Source: Octopus sinensis
Taxonomy: Eukaryota
DNA length: 64,000 bases
NCBI RefSeq assembly: GCF_006345805.1
Contig: NC_043003.1
Coordinates: forward strand, 620,001 to 684,000
Direction of reading: 5' to 3'
Positions 21,976 to 35,727 of this stretch are shown one piece after another. The position numbers were made by a program, and so were the translations under genes. Within the stretch, counting starts at the first letter, position 1. The number at the start of each line of letters is the position of its first letter. The notes under the pieces are model-generated. The model did not search any database. It was given only the letters and a program-made list of their open reading frames with translations, and was not told the origin of the DNA.

Positions 21976-23514
21976 CGACAGTGATGGAGTATACATATAA
22001 TGTGTATAGAAACACAGAGCAACATAAGATGGCAGAACCATAAGAACATTGAAGTGGATATCTTGCAGTGTTCTGATTCTCTGTCTTCTGAGTTCGAATC
22101 CTACCATATCTTACTTGGGTGGTGGACCTAAACCTGTCACCCGATTTGACACCACCACCACCTGCTACATTGAAGATGGAGCCTTTAGCAGAGTCCATTC
22201 CTTTACAAGCATTTCAGCCAGTTTCCAAGTGTGAGGATACCATCTTCCTCCTTTCAGTCTTGGAGAGCCAATAATGGCCACAAGCACTGCCTTACCTCCT
22301 AACTAAAAATAAAACAAGGTTAAAAAGAACTGATTTCCTAAATAAACAAGTTTGAGTTAAACCACTTTGGATATTGCCAAACTTCTAAAAATGGTTTCAA
22401 ATTTTAGCACCAGGCTAGCAACTTTGAGGGAAAGGAGCAAGTTGATTACATTGACCCCAGTATTTCACTGGTACTTCCTTTCGTCAAACCCAAAGGGATG
22501 AAAGGCAAAGAGAACTGGAAGAAAGGGCACTAAGCATTTTGTACAATTCTTCAAGCTTTTTCCTTTTTCTTTAGTAGCCATCCAGAACCTTCTACAGGAA
22601 CCTGATCTGCTCCCGATCCCCACTCTCTCATAATAATCTCCTAGCACAAAGCTGACCCCTCCACTGGGCTTTTAGACCTGCAAACTACCTGGTGACCTCA
22701 ATAGTGCAGGTGACCCCAAAAAGCACCCAGTCCATGCTGTAACATGTTTGGCATCCAACTGTAGAAACCATGTTGAAACAGATGCTGGAGCTGAACACAG
22801 CCCTGGAAATCATTGATCCCTGTCAAGCTGTTCAATCCATGCCAGCATGGAAAATGGACACTGATGATGATGATGATGATGATGATGAAGAGTCAAAAAA
22901 ACCAATTCTAATAGCAAGCCATTAACACATTTGTTGTACCAACCATAACCTGGGTTTGTGACTCTGAACAGAAATATCTCAGATATTTAAATAACAATCT
23001 ATAATACAGAGTTAGGAAGTCTTTTCATAGTTGCTTAACCTGCATGATACAAACAGAAAACCTCCCTCAAACCACTGTTTGACAAAGGAACACTTTTGAT
23101 AATAGGTATCCTTTCGCTATGTGATTAAGAAGCTTGCTTTTGCAACCATGGGGTTTGGGGTTCAATCTGTTTCCCGTTGGTCGTGTCTCCTCAACTGTAA
23201 TGAGCCTCAGCTTAGTGTTAGTGTAATCCCCTCCCACACCTGATGTCACATCCTTGATGTGCCACTGGGCCAAGTGTGATAGGACCAAGGGGCTGTCTGT
23301 GTCTGATCATGACAACCAAGGCCCCTTAAACAATGAGTGAAAGCATGGAACATGTCGGTCAAGCCATGCTCACTTGAGAGTGACAATTGGCTGTTGAAAG
23401 GGAACAGGTGATTGTTGGCATTGGATTAACTTTGAAGTATTTAGGAAAGACATCATTGAGTTTTTGACTGAAATATTATACAATTATTTATCTAAAGATG
23501 TAGGCAAGTTATTT

Positions 23515-23713
23515 ATACAGTTCTATATTTAAGAGATGAGGAATTATGCACATTATTTACATTTGACGGATATTTTTCCTCATCTTGTTTGTTGTGAACA
23601 CAACATTTTGGATGATATACCCTCCAGCCTTCATCAGGTGACTTGGGGAAATTTCGAACCTAAGAGTGTGAGCTACTAGCCTCAAGATTCTGAGTTCGAT
23701 TCCAGGCAGTGAT

Positions 23714-23787
<74 letters not shown>

Positions 23788-23934
23788 CAACATCGGAAAG
23801 TACCTTAGGAATGAGAACCCATGTTCGAAATTTCCCCCAAGACACCTGATGAAGGCTGGAGGGTATATCAGCTGAAACATTGTGTTAACAACAAACAAGA
23901 TGAGGACAAATATCCGTCAAATGTAAATAATGTA
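23515..23934. mobile_element. 420-bp foldback retroelement: inverted hammerhead-bearing arms around a B-box and (AAT)n core
   Basis: Arms 23551-23661 and 23821-23932 are reverse complements; 10-bp direct repeat CAAGTTATTT at 23505-23514 and 23935-23944; GAGTTCGATTCC at 23692-23703. Confidence 0.8.
23841..23886 (+). ncRNA. Hammerhead-like motif in right arm (second copy on - at 23597-23642)
   Basis: GACAC-CTGATGA-AGGCTG...CAGCT-GAAAC-ATT-GTGTT; stem I GACAC/GTGTT; left arm keeps the GTT triplet but has lost GAAA. Confidence 0.55.
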
Positions 23935-24049
23935 CAAGTTATTTCTAAACAAAGATATAGTCATGTCTCCACAAAAGAGCAAAACCAGAGGATATAAAAG
24001 CTAGTTGGAAGACTCTCCTCAAGCATTTGTTGGACTGAAAATTTGTTTT

Positions 24050-24390
24050 ATCTTTTATCTTTTACTTGTTTCAGTCATTAGACTTTGGCCATGCTGGAGC
24101 ACCACATTGAAGGGTTTTAGTCGAACAAATCTCTCGCAGAACCTACTTTCCCTTGTAAAGCCTGATACTTATGGTAAAGACACCAACACTGCCAAGCAAT
24201 GGCAAACACAGATACAAAGACACACACACAAACATATGTATATATACAACAAGCTTCTTTCAGTTTCCATCTACCAAATCTGCTCACAAGGCTTTGGTTG
24301 GCCCACAGGCTATAATAGAAGACATTTGCCCAAGTTGCCTAGAACCTGGAACCCTGTGGTTGGGAAGCAAACATCCAACCACACAGCCGC
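24050..24390 (-). mobile_element. SINE type B
   Basis: Reverse complement of the 19848-20230 family, including the TTTTACTTGTTTCAGTCA tail. Confidence 0.75.
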
Positions 24391-25083
24391 TTTCTATTAC
24401 AGATGCAAGGCCTGGAATCTTGGGGGTTTGTTAACTACATGAGTCCCAATGTTCAGCTGATCGTTATTTTATTGACCCCTAAAAGATGAAGGGTGAAGTT
24501 AAGTTCAGTGGTTATTGACCCTGAAATGACAAAGACAAAGCTGGCTTTGGCAGAATTTGATCTCAGACCATAAACCTCGATGAAATGCCACTACGTATTT
24601 TGCCTGGCATACTAATGATTCAGCCAGCTTACTGCCTCAATAAGGATAATAATAAAACAAATCTTCCCTTACAAGCCATTTATTACAAGGGAGATAATCA
24701 TTTTTTCATAATATTTGGTAGGATTAAAATTTTTAATCTGAAATTTAAGAATAAGAAGATGCATAAAATTCATGTATTTAATTCTTTTTGTTGTCTGCCT
24801 GTTATGAAGCTCTTAAAATTTCTAATTTGTTGTAATCATGCATAAGACTATTTCATTCATTTTGGAAATCATAAGCATGATATAACCCAAAATTTATTAA
24901 TTGAATATTTCGTGAAGCAAGATATAAATTCATGTTAGCTTTCTTTTTCTTCATACAGTGTTAGTTTAGCAATCAAGAGGAAGTCCATAGCATTTACATA
25001 CAAGATAAGTGTTTCAAGGTAGTAATAAGACTATTAATGATAATAATAATAATTATTATTATATAAATAAAGCATATTAAGTA

Positions 25084-25200
25084 TTGAGACTTGCGTCTGT
25101 TGACCTGCAGAAAAGTACCATTCTATATTCTGCAAGAATCCCAAGAAAGACTCTTGAGATTTGAGGAGACTCAGGAGTCACCAGACCTCAAGGCAACATC
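25084..25200 (+). mobile_element. Short 3' fragment of another R4/Dong-like ORF next to (TAA)n
   Basis: LRLASVDLQKSTILYSARIPRKTLEI* (stop 25162-25164) parallels IQKIALLGTAHILRRTLSIQ* of the intact element. Confidence 0.55.
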
Positions 25201-25204
25201 CTTA

Positions 25205-25590
25205 CTTATTTTACTGCCCCCAAAAAGATGAAAAGCAAAGATGACCACAGCGGAATTCGAACACAGAATTTAAAGACGGACAAAATGCCGCTAAGCATTT
25301 TCCCCAGCATGCTAACGATTCTGCCAGCACAGCATGTTAATAATAATAATAATAATAATAATGATAATGGTTTCAAATTTTGCCACAAGGGCAGCCTTTT
25401 TGGGGCAGAGGACTAGTTGATAACATCAACCAGTGTTTCATTTGTACTTAATTTATTGACCCTGAAAGGATGAAAGGCAAAGTCAATATTAGCAGAATTT
25501 GAACTCAGAATGTAGCAATGGCTAAAATACTGCTAAGCATTTTGTCCTGTGTGCTAATGATTCTGCCAGCTCACCACCTTAATAATAATA
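25205..25590 (-). mobile_element. Two SINE type A copies, each preceded in SINE sense by (TTA)n
   Basis: TTCTGCCAGCTCACCACCTT followed by (AAT)n on +; cores AAAGGATGAAAGGCAAAGTC. Confidence 0.75.
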
Positions 25591-27689
25591 ATAATAAATA
25601 ATAATAATAAATAATAATAAATAATAATAATAAAAATCTTTGAAATTGTTTTCTTTTTTTAAATTGTTCTTTTGTTTGTGACCTTTATTTCTTTCTTAGA
25701 TTTTGTTTATTTCGAAGGTCAAACCTTTTACAGTGGAATCATTTCAGTTAAAATCTAGGAGAAAATGAAGAAGTTTAAATGAAAGAAACCCAGAGAAAGG
25801 AATGAGAAGAGCAACAAAGTTGAAAGTGAGGCAGAATGAAGGGAGAGGGAGGTGCAGTCTGGTAATAGTTGGTGTATGAGAAAGGGTGGGAGGGAAGAGT
25901 CCAGTATGGCAGTGGGTGGGTCAGAGGTCAGAAGTCAGTGTGGCAGTAAAGTTTGGATGAGAATCGGTCAAGAAATTTTGTAGAAATGACAAAATATTCT
26001 AATATTTTTCTTTTATACTTGTTTTGCATCTTAAAACTAATTTTTTGTTGTAATTTATTCCTATTTTAAGATAATTATACGATGCTTCAGGATTCTTTGT
26101 TTTTTCTAATACCATTTACAGGGGTGTCTTGTATTCTTAAGCTTCTCTTATTTGTTCAGGAAAACTTCTTTGTATTTCAGAATTCCCTGCTTTTTTTTTA
26201 GTATTTCTAGATATTTAGATATTTTATTTATTTATTTACTTTTATTTCATATCCTATTTTGTGAATGGCAGCAGTCTTTGGTCACAGGTTTCCAGGGAAC
26301 CATTCATTGGTTCATGGATTTACAATAAGGGATTTTGTGCAACTCGGGTGGAACAAATATCACAAATTACTTCATTCAAAAAGCACTAGTTTATCCACCA
26401 ATGTTCTCTCACCAAAATTCTGTATCTCTTACCAAAAGATCTATTCACACACAAATATGTGTGTGTGTGTGTTTGTGCGTGTGTGTATGTAAGAAATTAT
26501 TATACATACATTTGCTCTGTAGATCATAATAATCCTTTCTACTATAGGCACTAGGCCTGAAATTTTGGGGGAGGGGGTCCAGTCGATCAGATCGACCCCA
26601 GTACGCAACTGGTACTTAATTTACTGACCTCAAAAGGATGAAAGGCAAAGTTAACTTCAGTAGAAATTGAACTCAGAATGTAGGTTTGCAGAGGGCCAAC
26701 ACCCCTACCTTGAAAAAAAGCTAAGTTGTAGAAGCATTGATGACAATTCAAACCCCACAAAACTTGGGAGGTGGTGGTGTTCCCTGAGGGAAGAAGCAGA
26801 AATAGACAGCCCAGAGTTGAGAACAGGGGAGAAGAGTTATTGATGGCCTCTGCCCCATGGAGAGTAAAGAGCTTCAATAAGTATCTAAAACTACAATATC
26901 TTTTCCATGATATTTGGTTGTGATTTGAAGGAGAGTTGGCTATTATTTCTAGCAGATCGAGCAATCATACAGAAGCTTGATTGTTTAAGTGATTAGAATA
27001 TATCTTAGTAATCATATATATAGTAAGAGAAGGGATATGAAGGTCCAGGCAGATAACGCCTTACTCTATGTAAAGTGCCAAGGCCGGTTTCTTCTGATAG
27101 TGTTTTTTAGGGTATGTTCTTAAAAACTACCATCCGATGTTATGGTTTATTTCCTGGCTTCTTAGAGTGTAAAATCACAATGTTAATAATAAGGAAAACA
27201 AAGAATTCACCCCGAAGAAATCGTACAAATTCTGCATAAATATAATTATGCAGCAGTTTACAACTGATACGATTGAAACATGTGTCAGACATTTACTATG
27301 ACCAAACCCAGCAGAAAGTCTGAATGTTCAAATTCTTCATTTTCCTTTTTATTAGTGTATATATATATATATATACACACACATATATATAATGTAATTA
27401 CTACTTCCCAGGTTCTCCTAGCTAAGAAACACATGTAGCCTAGCGTTTCATTCCCTAAATTCGAATTTTTATTCACATACATATACCACATGTGGTGCTC
27501 CAGCATGATCTCAGCCCTGGGCTGAAACCAGTAAAAGATAAAAGATACGTAACAGCCCCAGCTGCTAAACATGAACTATAAAATAACTTTTTCCAGTTTA
27601 TCGAACTTCGATAAGGGAAAAATGCAGAACCTTCTACATCAATAAACCCCTATTGTTCCTTAAAGTTGTTTTTAATACCTTCTACAGAC

Positions 27690-28580
27690 TGCTTGAAGCT
27701 TACTACCTTCCTACACCTTGATCCCTGGATTTGACTTTTACATATCATTATGTATATATATATATTTTATATATGCATCCATTACATATCCATCCATATT
27801 CTCTGTCCACTATTCCAAGGAACATTGTAGGGAGGCAAAGTCCCCAAGCACCTCCACCATACAGAGAGCCCTATCAAAAGTAACTATTATGGAATTATAT
27901 CAGTTTTAGCTAATATGGTTTCAATAGTGTACATTTTTTAAAAAAATCACTCAAGATTTTAGCAAATCTGAAAAAGTTCTGAATATTTTCAATAAAGTTT
28001 ATGCACGTAACTGCTCTTTAGTTATCTTTTGAAGCTGTATATGACTATGGTGTGTCCGCACTTGGAGTTTGCATCACCAGTCTGGAACCCCTATCTTGCT
28101 CAGTATAACAATCCCCTGGAAACTGTTCGGAAATGTGCAACCAGATAAATACCAGCCGCCAGGCATCTACCATACCCTAAACATCTTGCTTCCCTGGGCA
28201 TGGATGGACACATTAATGCTCCAACATGTGGCAACTGACTTGCTTGACACCCACAAGATTATCCTCTTTCCAACAACAACCTTGAGTATTTTTTGAATTC
28301 CATGTCTCACACTTATGGACATTCTTATCAAACCAAAAAACAAAACAACACCCATGACCTTTGGAAACATTTTTTTCACACCCAGACGCACGGGGTTGGC
28401 TACCAGCATCAATTGTTAGCTGTTGGCACATAACATTCTTCAAAACTTCCATGCTTCCTGAAATCCATTAACATTATACCTGATCTCCTCACCCTCACAT
28501 TTTTCTACATGCTGCACGTGCACGTTTGGTTGCCTTTTCTAATGAGCTGTAGTTCACCTGAGTACTGCATAAAATAAGGT
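27690..28580 (+). mobile_element. Degenerate CR1/L2-type LINE ORF2 3' end
   Basis: LYMTMVCPHLEFASPVWNPYL at 28036 onward; downstream frameshifted L..LGMDTL..., RGH.Y..., F.KHFF...W motifs. Confidence 0.75.
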
Positions 28581-29631
28581 CATTATATGTGTGTGTTGCC
28601 ATATTCCCTTCCATATCGGCTATCTCTGATGAGTGTAAAGTCATATAATCAGTTTGTTTACTAACACTCAATTGTATTCTTTATGCAAAACCAATTGGTA
28701 AGATCAACCGTGATGGATATTTAATACTATAAATTTTGGATTATAAATATATAATTTAATTAGTTAGATTAGAAGCCTTTCATTTGGTGTCTGACAGACT
28801 TTTAATTCATCAATTGTGTTCAGATATGAGTTTAAAGAGTTACGTGGGTAAACTATTTGGGAAGCTATATGAGACTAATTCAATGTTTTCGAAGTTAATT
28901 TGGTGTTAAATGTGTTTAACTCTTCATAATTAATTAGTTTTAGGAAAGTACATGTTAATTACACTTAAAAGCATTTTTTGTTATTTGCATATAACTAATT
29001 AAAGTTTTATGTCCTTAATTTATATTTTAATTATGTTGTCATTAAATTAATCTAAGGAATAAGGATATAAGCAATGTTTTAAAGTTGTGAGTTTTAATTT
29101 TGTTTCTGAACTTTTGTTCAAGCCAGTATTTTGGGATCAAAATATATTCAATAACTAGGGAATTAATTATGTTTAATTAAGACTTAGTTAAGACATTTGC
29201 ATGCTGCCTTTCAAATTAATATTTATTTAATTTACATTTTTTTTCTCTGTGTTTTTCTTATATATTGAATGTTTAATAATCTTTCAAGTATTTTAAATAT
29301 CGATTTCAGGTCTTCATAATATTCTTTGAAATTATCTTTTTAACTATTCATAAAACTCCATAAGTCTTTTATTTAAAAAAACAAAAAACAAAAGTAGATT
29401 TTTAAATTTAAAAAAAAAATCATAAACAAAAAAAAATCAACAAAACAATTGAAGAAAACAAACAAACAAAAAAAGGGAATAAATTTATTTGATAACGTTG
29501 AGTCGATTATCCCAGCCCAGTAAATCTGGGTTTGAAGTAGAGAAGTGGGGAGGGGGGGGGGCTAATTTACAGCACCCAAACAAAACAAAAAACAAACAAG
29601 GAACAAAACAGTAATAACAAAACGAAACATG

Positions 29632-29684
<53 letters not shown>

Positions 29685-30026
29685 ACATGTGTAGATACGA
29701 AAACAAGAGAATATGTATCAGGATTATTATCATTATTATTATTATTATTATATAGAACTCTCTCCAGAACTTTGTTGCAGCGTGGATGGGTGGGTGGGTG
29801 GGTGGGAGTCGTCTGCTGTTCTTTTGGATTTTGCCAGTGACATTGATTTCAGTTATTTATGGAAAATCTTTCTCTTTCTCTCTCAGAGGATTTTCTCCTG
29901 CCTCCTCCTCCTCCTCCTATTAATCACCCCTCCCCCTGCCACACTCAATAGTTTAAAGGAGTTCAAAATACGAAGAATTTGGGGCTGCATGTAAAGTAAG
30001 TGAAATTGTGTTGTAAATATATTAGA

Positions 30027-30067
<41 letters not shown>

Positions 30068-30949
30068 TGGATAGATAGATAGATGGAGAGAAAGGGAGAA
30101 ACAGATAGGAAAAGAGGGAGGGAGAAAATGGTGGGAGAGGAGGAGAGAAAATGTAAGGGAAGAACACAGGCAACAAATTCCAGACTTTGAAACTCTGAGA
30201 GTACATAGAAGTTCCAGTGCTATATGTGTGTGTGTGTGTGTGTATGCATGTGTGTGCTTTTTATGTATGTGTGCCAAGGGGTGGTAGTTTGTGCATACTT
30301 TCATATATTCGCACACATTGCAAGCTGTCTGCACACACACATGCTTCTTTCAATGTGCAAACATGTGCAGCGGCTAAGTTTTCCATGACAAACCTGTAGA
30401 TTTCATTTTCATCGTATAAAATATTAAAAAAAGCATAAATAAAAACAATAAGAAAATCCATCATCATCATCATCATCATCTACTCAATTCCCTAAAGCGT
30501 GAACCCTAATGATCATTATAACGACAATAGTACTAAAGAAAAGACGACTGGCACCTTGTCAGTCCATAGAGATATCATGTCTGGTGCTTCCTTCAATATC
30601 TTCCGGTTTGTAATGAGTTGGTGTTTCTCAGTAATTTCTGATGGAGATGGCAGAAAAACTCAAGAAATTCAATCAATCAATGACCCAGCAATAAGATTTT
30701 AATATTTTATACATCAAAGCAGCAGGTGTTGTAATTGTGTCCAAAGATCATTAGTAAATAATCAAAACAATTAAGAGATTCTTTGAAATTCCTCACACAC
30801 ACAAAATAAAAAATTAAAAAATTAAAAAAATTAAAAAAATTGCAAACCCTTTAAAAAGAGTTTTCATGCTTCAACTTCTTGCCCTTAGTTTACTTGATAA
30901 ATTTTCTGAACTGCCTGAAGTACCCACTAAAATCAAATACTTAAAAATA

Positions 30950-31165
30950 ATCCTTTCCAAATTTGACACAAGGCCAGCAATTTCGAAAGGATAAGGAAGT
31001 CGACTATATCAAGCTCAGTACTTGATTGGTACTTATTTTTATCGATCCTGAGAGGATGGACAGTATCGTTTACCTTGGCAGTATTTGAACTCAGAATGTA
31101 AAGAACTGAAAGAAATGCTGCAAAGCATTTTGTCCGATGTACTAACGGTTCTGCTAGATTGCTAT
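30950..31165 (-). mobile_element. SINE type A
   Basis: CACAAGGCCAGCAATTT...TACTTATTTTATCGATCC...TTTGAACTCAGAA. Confidence 0.7.
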
Positions 31166-32244
31166 CTTTAGACTTAGAAATAATAAATTACAAAGTATGA
31201 TGGTATTTTCAAAGAAATTATTTGAAAAAAATTACCAAATAAAAACTTCACACAAAACAAGCAGGTGTATAATCTCCATGAAATTGTCTGCTAGATTAAA
31301 CAGGAAGAAATTCTTAAACTCCTGAAAATGCCAACAATGTACACATTTACAAGAAATAAGGATAAAAGCTTCTATATGCTCAACAGCAAAAGAATTTCTC
31401 TACAGTCAGTTGCCAACAATTTCCTTTTATGCATTCCATTGGTATATCTTGTTTGACTCGCTGCAAAGACTCAAATGTGGTTTTGGAAGATATTGAAGCA
31501 CCTAGGACATGGTATTCTCTCTGAGATGGATCCTCCAAAAAATGCCACAAAAGAAGCAGATGTTCATTAAATTAGCTCAACTACAAATATATGCTTGTCC
31601 ACAAAATTTCATTAACATTTTCCAGCATTTTCATGACAAAACCGATGTTGAGACATACATCAATAACATGTTGCATGCTTTATCTAACCGGGAGTCAAGC
31701 AGGGAGAGATGCACTTGTCTTTGCTATGATTAAAACCATTCTTACACTTCATAAGCCATAAAAACATCAACCTCTTCAATTTTAGAAGGTTGCAGGCTTA
31801 CACCAAAGTCTAGCATCTTTACTACATTACTGATGTATCCTTTATAATACACACTCAAGAGGTGGCTGATCCTAAATACGTTTGCTAATGAGATTTTAAA
31901 TCATTAGTTAAATACACTGGGCCTTCACCATAACTTCCTGCTTTTCTTTACTCATTAATTATTTTCCCATCAATGGTAATTTGCTGAAAATGGCTCCCTT
32001 ATTCAAGCATTTGAGCAGCAACATTGCTTTTCTCTCAAACCCAAACTGACAAAGGTGTGCCTTCAGGAATTAAAGCTTGTTTCATGCAGTTGGCAGGCCA
32101 AGGTGTTGAGGACTTCCAAACAAAAACCCCAAAATAAGAACCAACTCCAATGAGTACACGGCAGTTTGTTTCAGCATTCTCAGATGCTTCATGTTATACA
32201 AGATTGTTGTAGAAAATAGCTATTACACATGTAAATGAGATTGC

Positions 32245-32283
32245 TAACATACACACACACACATACACATTGCTGAGTATGTA

Positions 32284-32314
<31 letters not shown>

Positions 32315-32745
32315 GTCTAAACACATGCACACATGAACACACCCACCCAATCAAATGCACCCACATGAATGTCAATAAATGAGAGACAATAGGATAGCAA
32401 TAATTATATGAATATTTATAAACATACATACATATAAATATATACATATACATACATATATATATATATTTATATACACACACATACATATATATATATT
32501 TACATATATACACACATATATATAAACATACATATGTAAATATATATATATATGTATATATATATAAAGATGTATGTATATATTTATAAAGATATATATG
32601 CATGTATGTATAAATATATATATGTAGAAAGATATAAAGATATATATATATACTCAAACATACACATATATGATATATATAAATATTTATTTATACATTA
32701 TATGATGTATATACATACATATTTATATATATATATATATTATAT
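32245..32745. repeat. About 500-bp compound (TA)/(CA)/(TG) microsatellite field
   Basis: Read directly. Confidence 0.9.
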
Positions 32746-34591
32746 TTTAAATCCTTTTGTTTATACAATAATGAAAATCTGGTCAGAGAAGACCCGACAA
32801 ACAGCCACACCATCAACTGATGTTGTTGGCAAATATAGAAAGAGAGAGAAAAATTGAGTGGGTCGAATAGGTAGCCATTGCTGGATTAATGGGTCATCAC
32901 TTTGTTACTGCTTGTTGGGGTGGGGGTGGAGGAGGGGTAAATAAGTTAGCTAGTACACTTCTTAAGGGTTGAAAATATAAGGAAAGGGGCTGAAGTCATA
33001 CAACCATCAGATTTGTTGTAAAATACGAATCCATTCAGATTTCTGAGTGACCACCACAACTTCCAATATTTTGTGGATTTCTAGCTAGATAAAAGTTTTA
33101 GTACTTATTGAGTTAGGGGACAAAAAAATTTGAATAAATAAGTTATTTTGATGAAAGGAAAAGTTTGTTGGGCAGAAATAAGCATCAAACACACCTCATT
33201 ATCTTTTTCATTTTCTTTTCTTTTTTTTTTTCTGGATTCCACCATTTTTGACAAAATTTCTGATTCTTGACTAAAAAAAAAAAAATGAAAAAAGGTAATA
33301 AAGTTGCGCTGCGGTGAGGGGAATTTTTTGTAAAAGTGAAGCTTTAAAATTTTTTTTTTTTTTTTTTCACAGAATCATCAGAAACTCTGTATTTTCTACA
33401 TGGAATTCAAAAGAAAACAAAAAGTAAAAACGAAAAAAAAAAAAAAATGTAAACTTCCAGAAAAAAAGAAATTTCAGGAGTGTGGGATTTGAAACTCTTT
33501 TGAAATGGTGTTTTTTTTTTGGGTGGGTGGGGGGCGGGGGAATTGCCATTGTCAAAAACATTGGAATCCAAAGGAAAAGCAGTGGGGTACATGTTTGATA
33601 CCTCTACTATTAATTATTGTTTAAATTTAATTAAATTGTTTTTAATTAAATTTTTCTTTCATTTGCATCTGATTACCTGTTGCATATTTACCTGTTGTTT
33701 AATCAAAGTGGTTTAACAACTTCTGATCAGAAAATTCAATTTGCCTCTATTTAGTAAGAAGATTATTATTATCATCATCATCATCACCATCATCAACCAC
33801 TGCTTAGTAAAAAGGCTTAACTACTACTTAATAACCTCTGCATAACCACTGGTTAATTAGAATATGCTTAATCAAGATGGTGGTTTTTGCCAATGCTTTT
33901 GAAACATTTAACCATTGCATTTGTGAAAGTGAATTACTGGTATTTAGATAAAATAGATTATTGTCGCTGTTTAATGTGAGAAAATGGTCGGTCGACTCCG
34001 TAGAAACTTGGGTAGATTCTATGTGTTTATGTGTGAGGCAAATCTGAAGCATAATTCTGATGGTAGCAGTGGTTATTTCAGTGGTGGTGGTGGTGGTGGT
34101 GGTGGTACTGATGGTGTTAGTATTGTTAATTCCTAGTGGTGGTGGGAGGTAGGAGTAAGATAAGAAGAAGAAGAAGAGTATTGCAGCAGTGACATATGAT
34201 GCCATGTTAAAAGAGAGAGGGAAAGAGGGGATGGGGGTGGAGAGAATGAGAGACTGGGGACATGGGGGTAGGAGCAGGGGAAGAGGAGGATTAGTAAAAA
34301 AAATTAGACCCAGAAAATGTTTTTTTTTTTTCTTTTAAAAAAAAAAGGAAGTAAAAAAAATAATGGAAACATTCAAGTTTATGAAGCAAAAAATGTTTTT
34401 TTTTCTTTTTCTTTTCGGTGTGTATTTTGTATTTTTTTAAAATTTGTGGAAGATGGTAAGGAAGAAGGGAGCGAGAGAAAGGTTTGGGTTGGAAGTGGGG
34501 GGGCAGAATCAACACGACAGTACAGGCAAAATGGCCACATATCACCAACAACAACAACAACAGCAACAACAACAACAACATCAATAGCAGA

Positions 34592-34657
34592 TCAACAGGA
34601 AGCAGTCTCTCTGTTCGTTTCTCGGCATAGGAAGATGGATACGATCAAGCCAAACAT
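34592..34657 (-). CDS. Tetraspanin exon 8 (MFGLIVSIFLCRETNRETASC-stop): end of TM4 and cytoplasmic tail
   Basis: TTCTTCTTTCTTGCAG acceptor; phase 0; TGA at 34594-34592. Confidence 0.9.
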   Translation of the reverse strand: MFGLIVSIFLCRETNRETASC

Positions 34658-34686
34658 CTGCAAGAAAGAAGAATAAGAAGTTTTAG

Positions 34687-34723
<37 letters not shown>

Positions 34724-35464
34724 CACTCCAACCTTTGATCACCTGGTACAAAGTTACCTCCTCCAATGCCCTCACCTCTCAAAAGATCTTTGTCCTGAAA
34801 GTTACTTGGTGACCCTGTCAGTGCGGGTGCCACTTAAAAAGCACCCAGTCCACACTGCAAAGTGGTTGGCATTTGGAAGGGCATCCAGATGTAAAAACCA
34901 TGTCAAAACTCACCTCACCTGTGCTGGTGCCACGTAAAAAGCACTTAGTTTACACTGTAGGGTGGTTGGTGTTAGGAAGGGTGTTGAGCTGTAAAAACCC
35001 TGCCAAAACAGACACAGAAGCCTGGTGCAGTCCTCCAGCTTGGCCAGACCTCAGTCAAACCACCCAACCCATGCCAGCTTAGAAGGCAGATGTTAAACAA
35101 TGAAGATGACGAAATATATATATACCGTAAAACTTCATGTGATTTGCAAACCTGTGTAATTTACACAGGTGATTTTCAGGATAAAATTTGTTAAAAAAAA
35201 GCTTCTACTCATGTCAAATTCGCACCTAAAAGTTTTCAGAATTGTTGATATGGCCAGGGGAAAAGGTCTTCAATTTAGTTGTGTTTAGCATAATTTCACT
35301 TACTTCTGGTTATTAAAAGCTGTTAAATTACAAAGTGTTTGTGTTGTTTATGATAAACTTTATTTTACATTTCTTGCCCAGAAGGGATCATGCCTATACA
35401 GCCACACCTGCACCTGTATGTCTCAGGTGTGTTGAAACCCCCCAAATAAACTGTGTGTGAGGGT

Positions 35465-35670
35465 GTACTCTTTTTACTCTTTTACTTGTTTCAGTCATTT
35501 GACTGTGGCCATGCTGGAGCATTGCCTTTTAGTTGAGCACATCGACCCCAAGACTTATTCTTTGTAAGCCTAGTACATATTCTATCGGTCTCTTTTGCTG
35601 AACCGCTAAGTTATGGGGACATAAACACACCAGCATTGGTTGTCAAGCGATGTTGGGGGGACAAACATAT

Positions 35671-35727
<57 letters not shown>

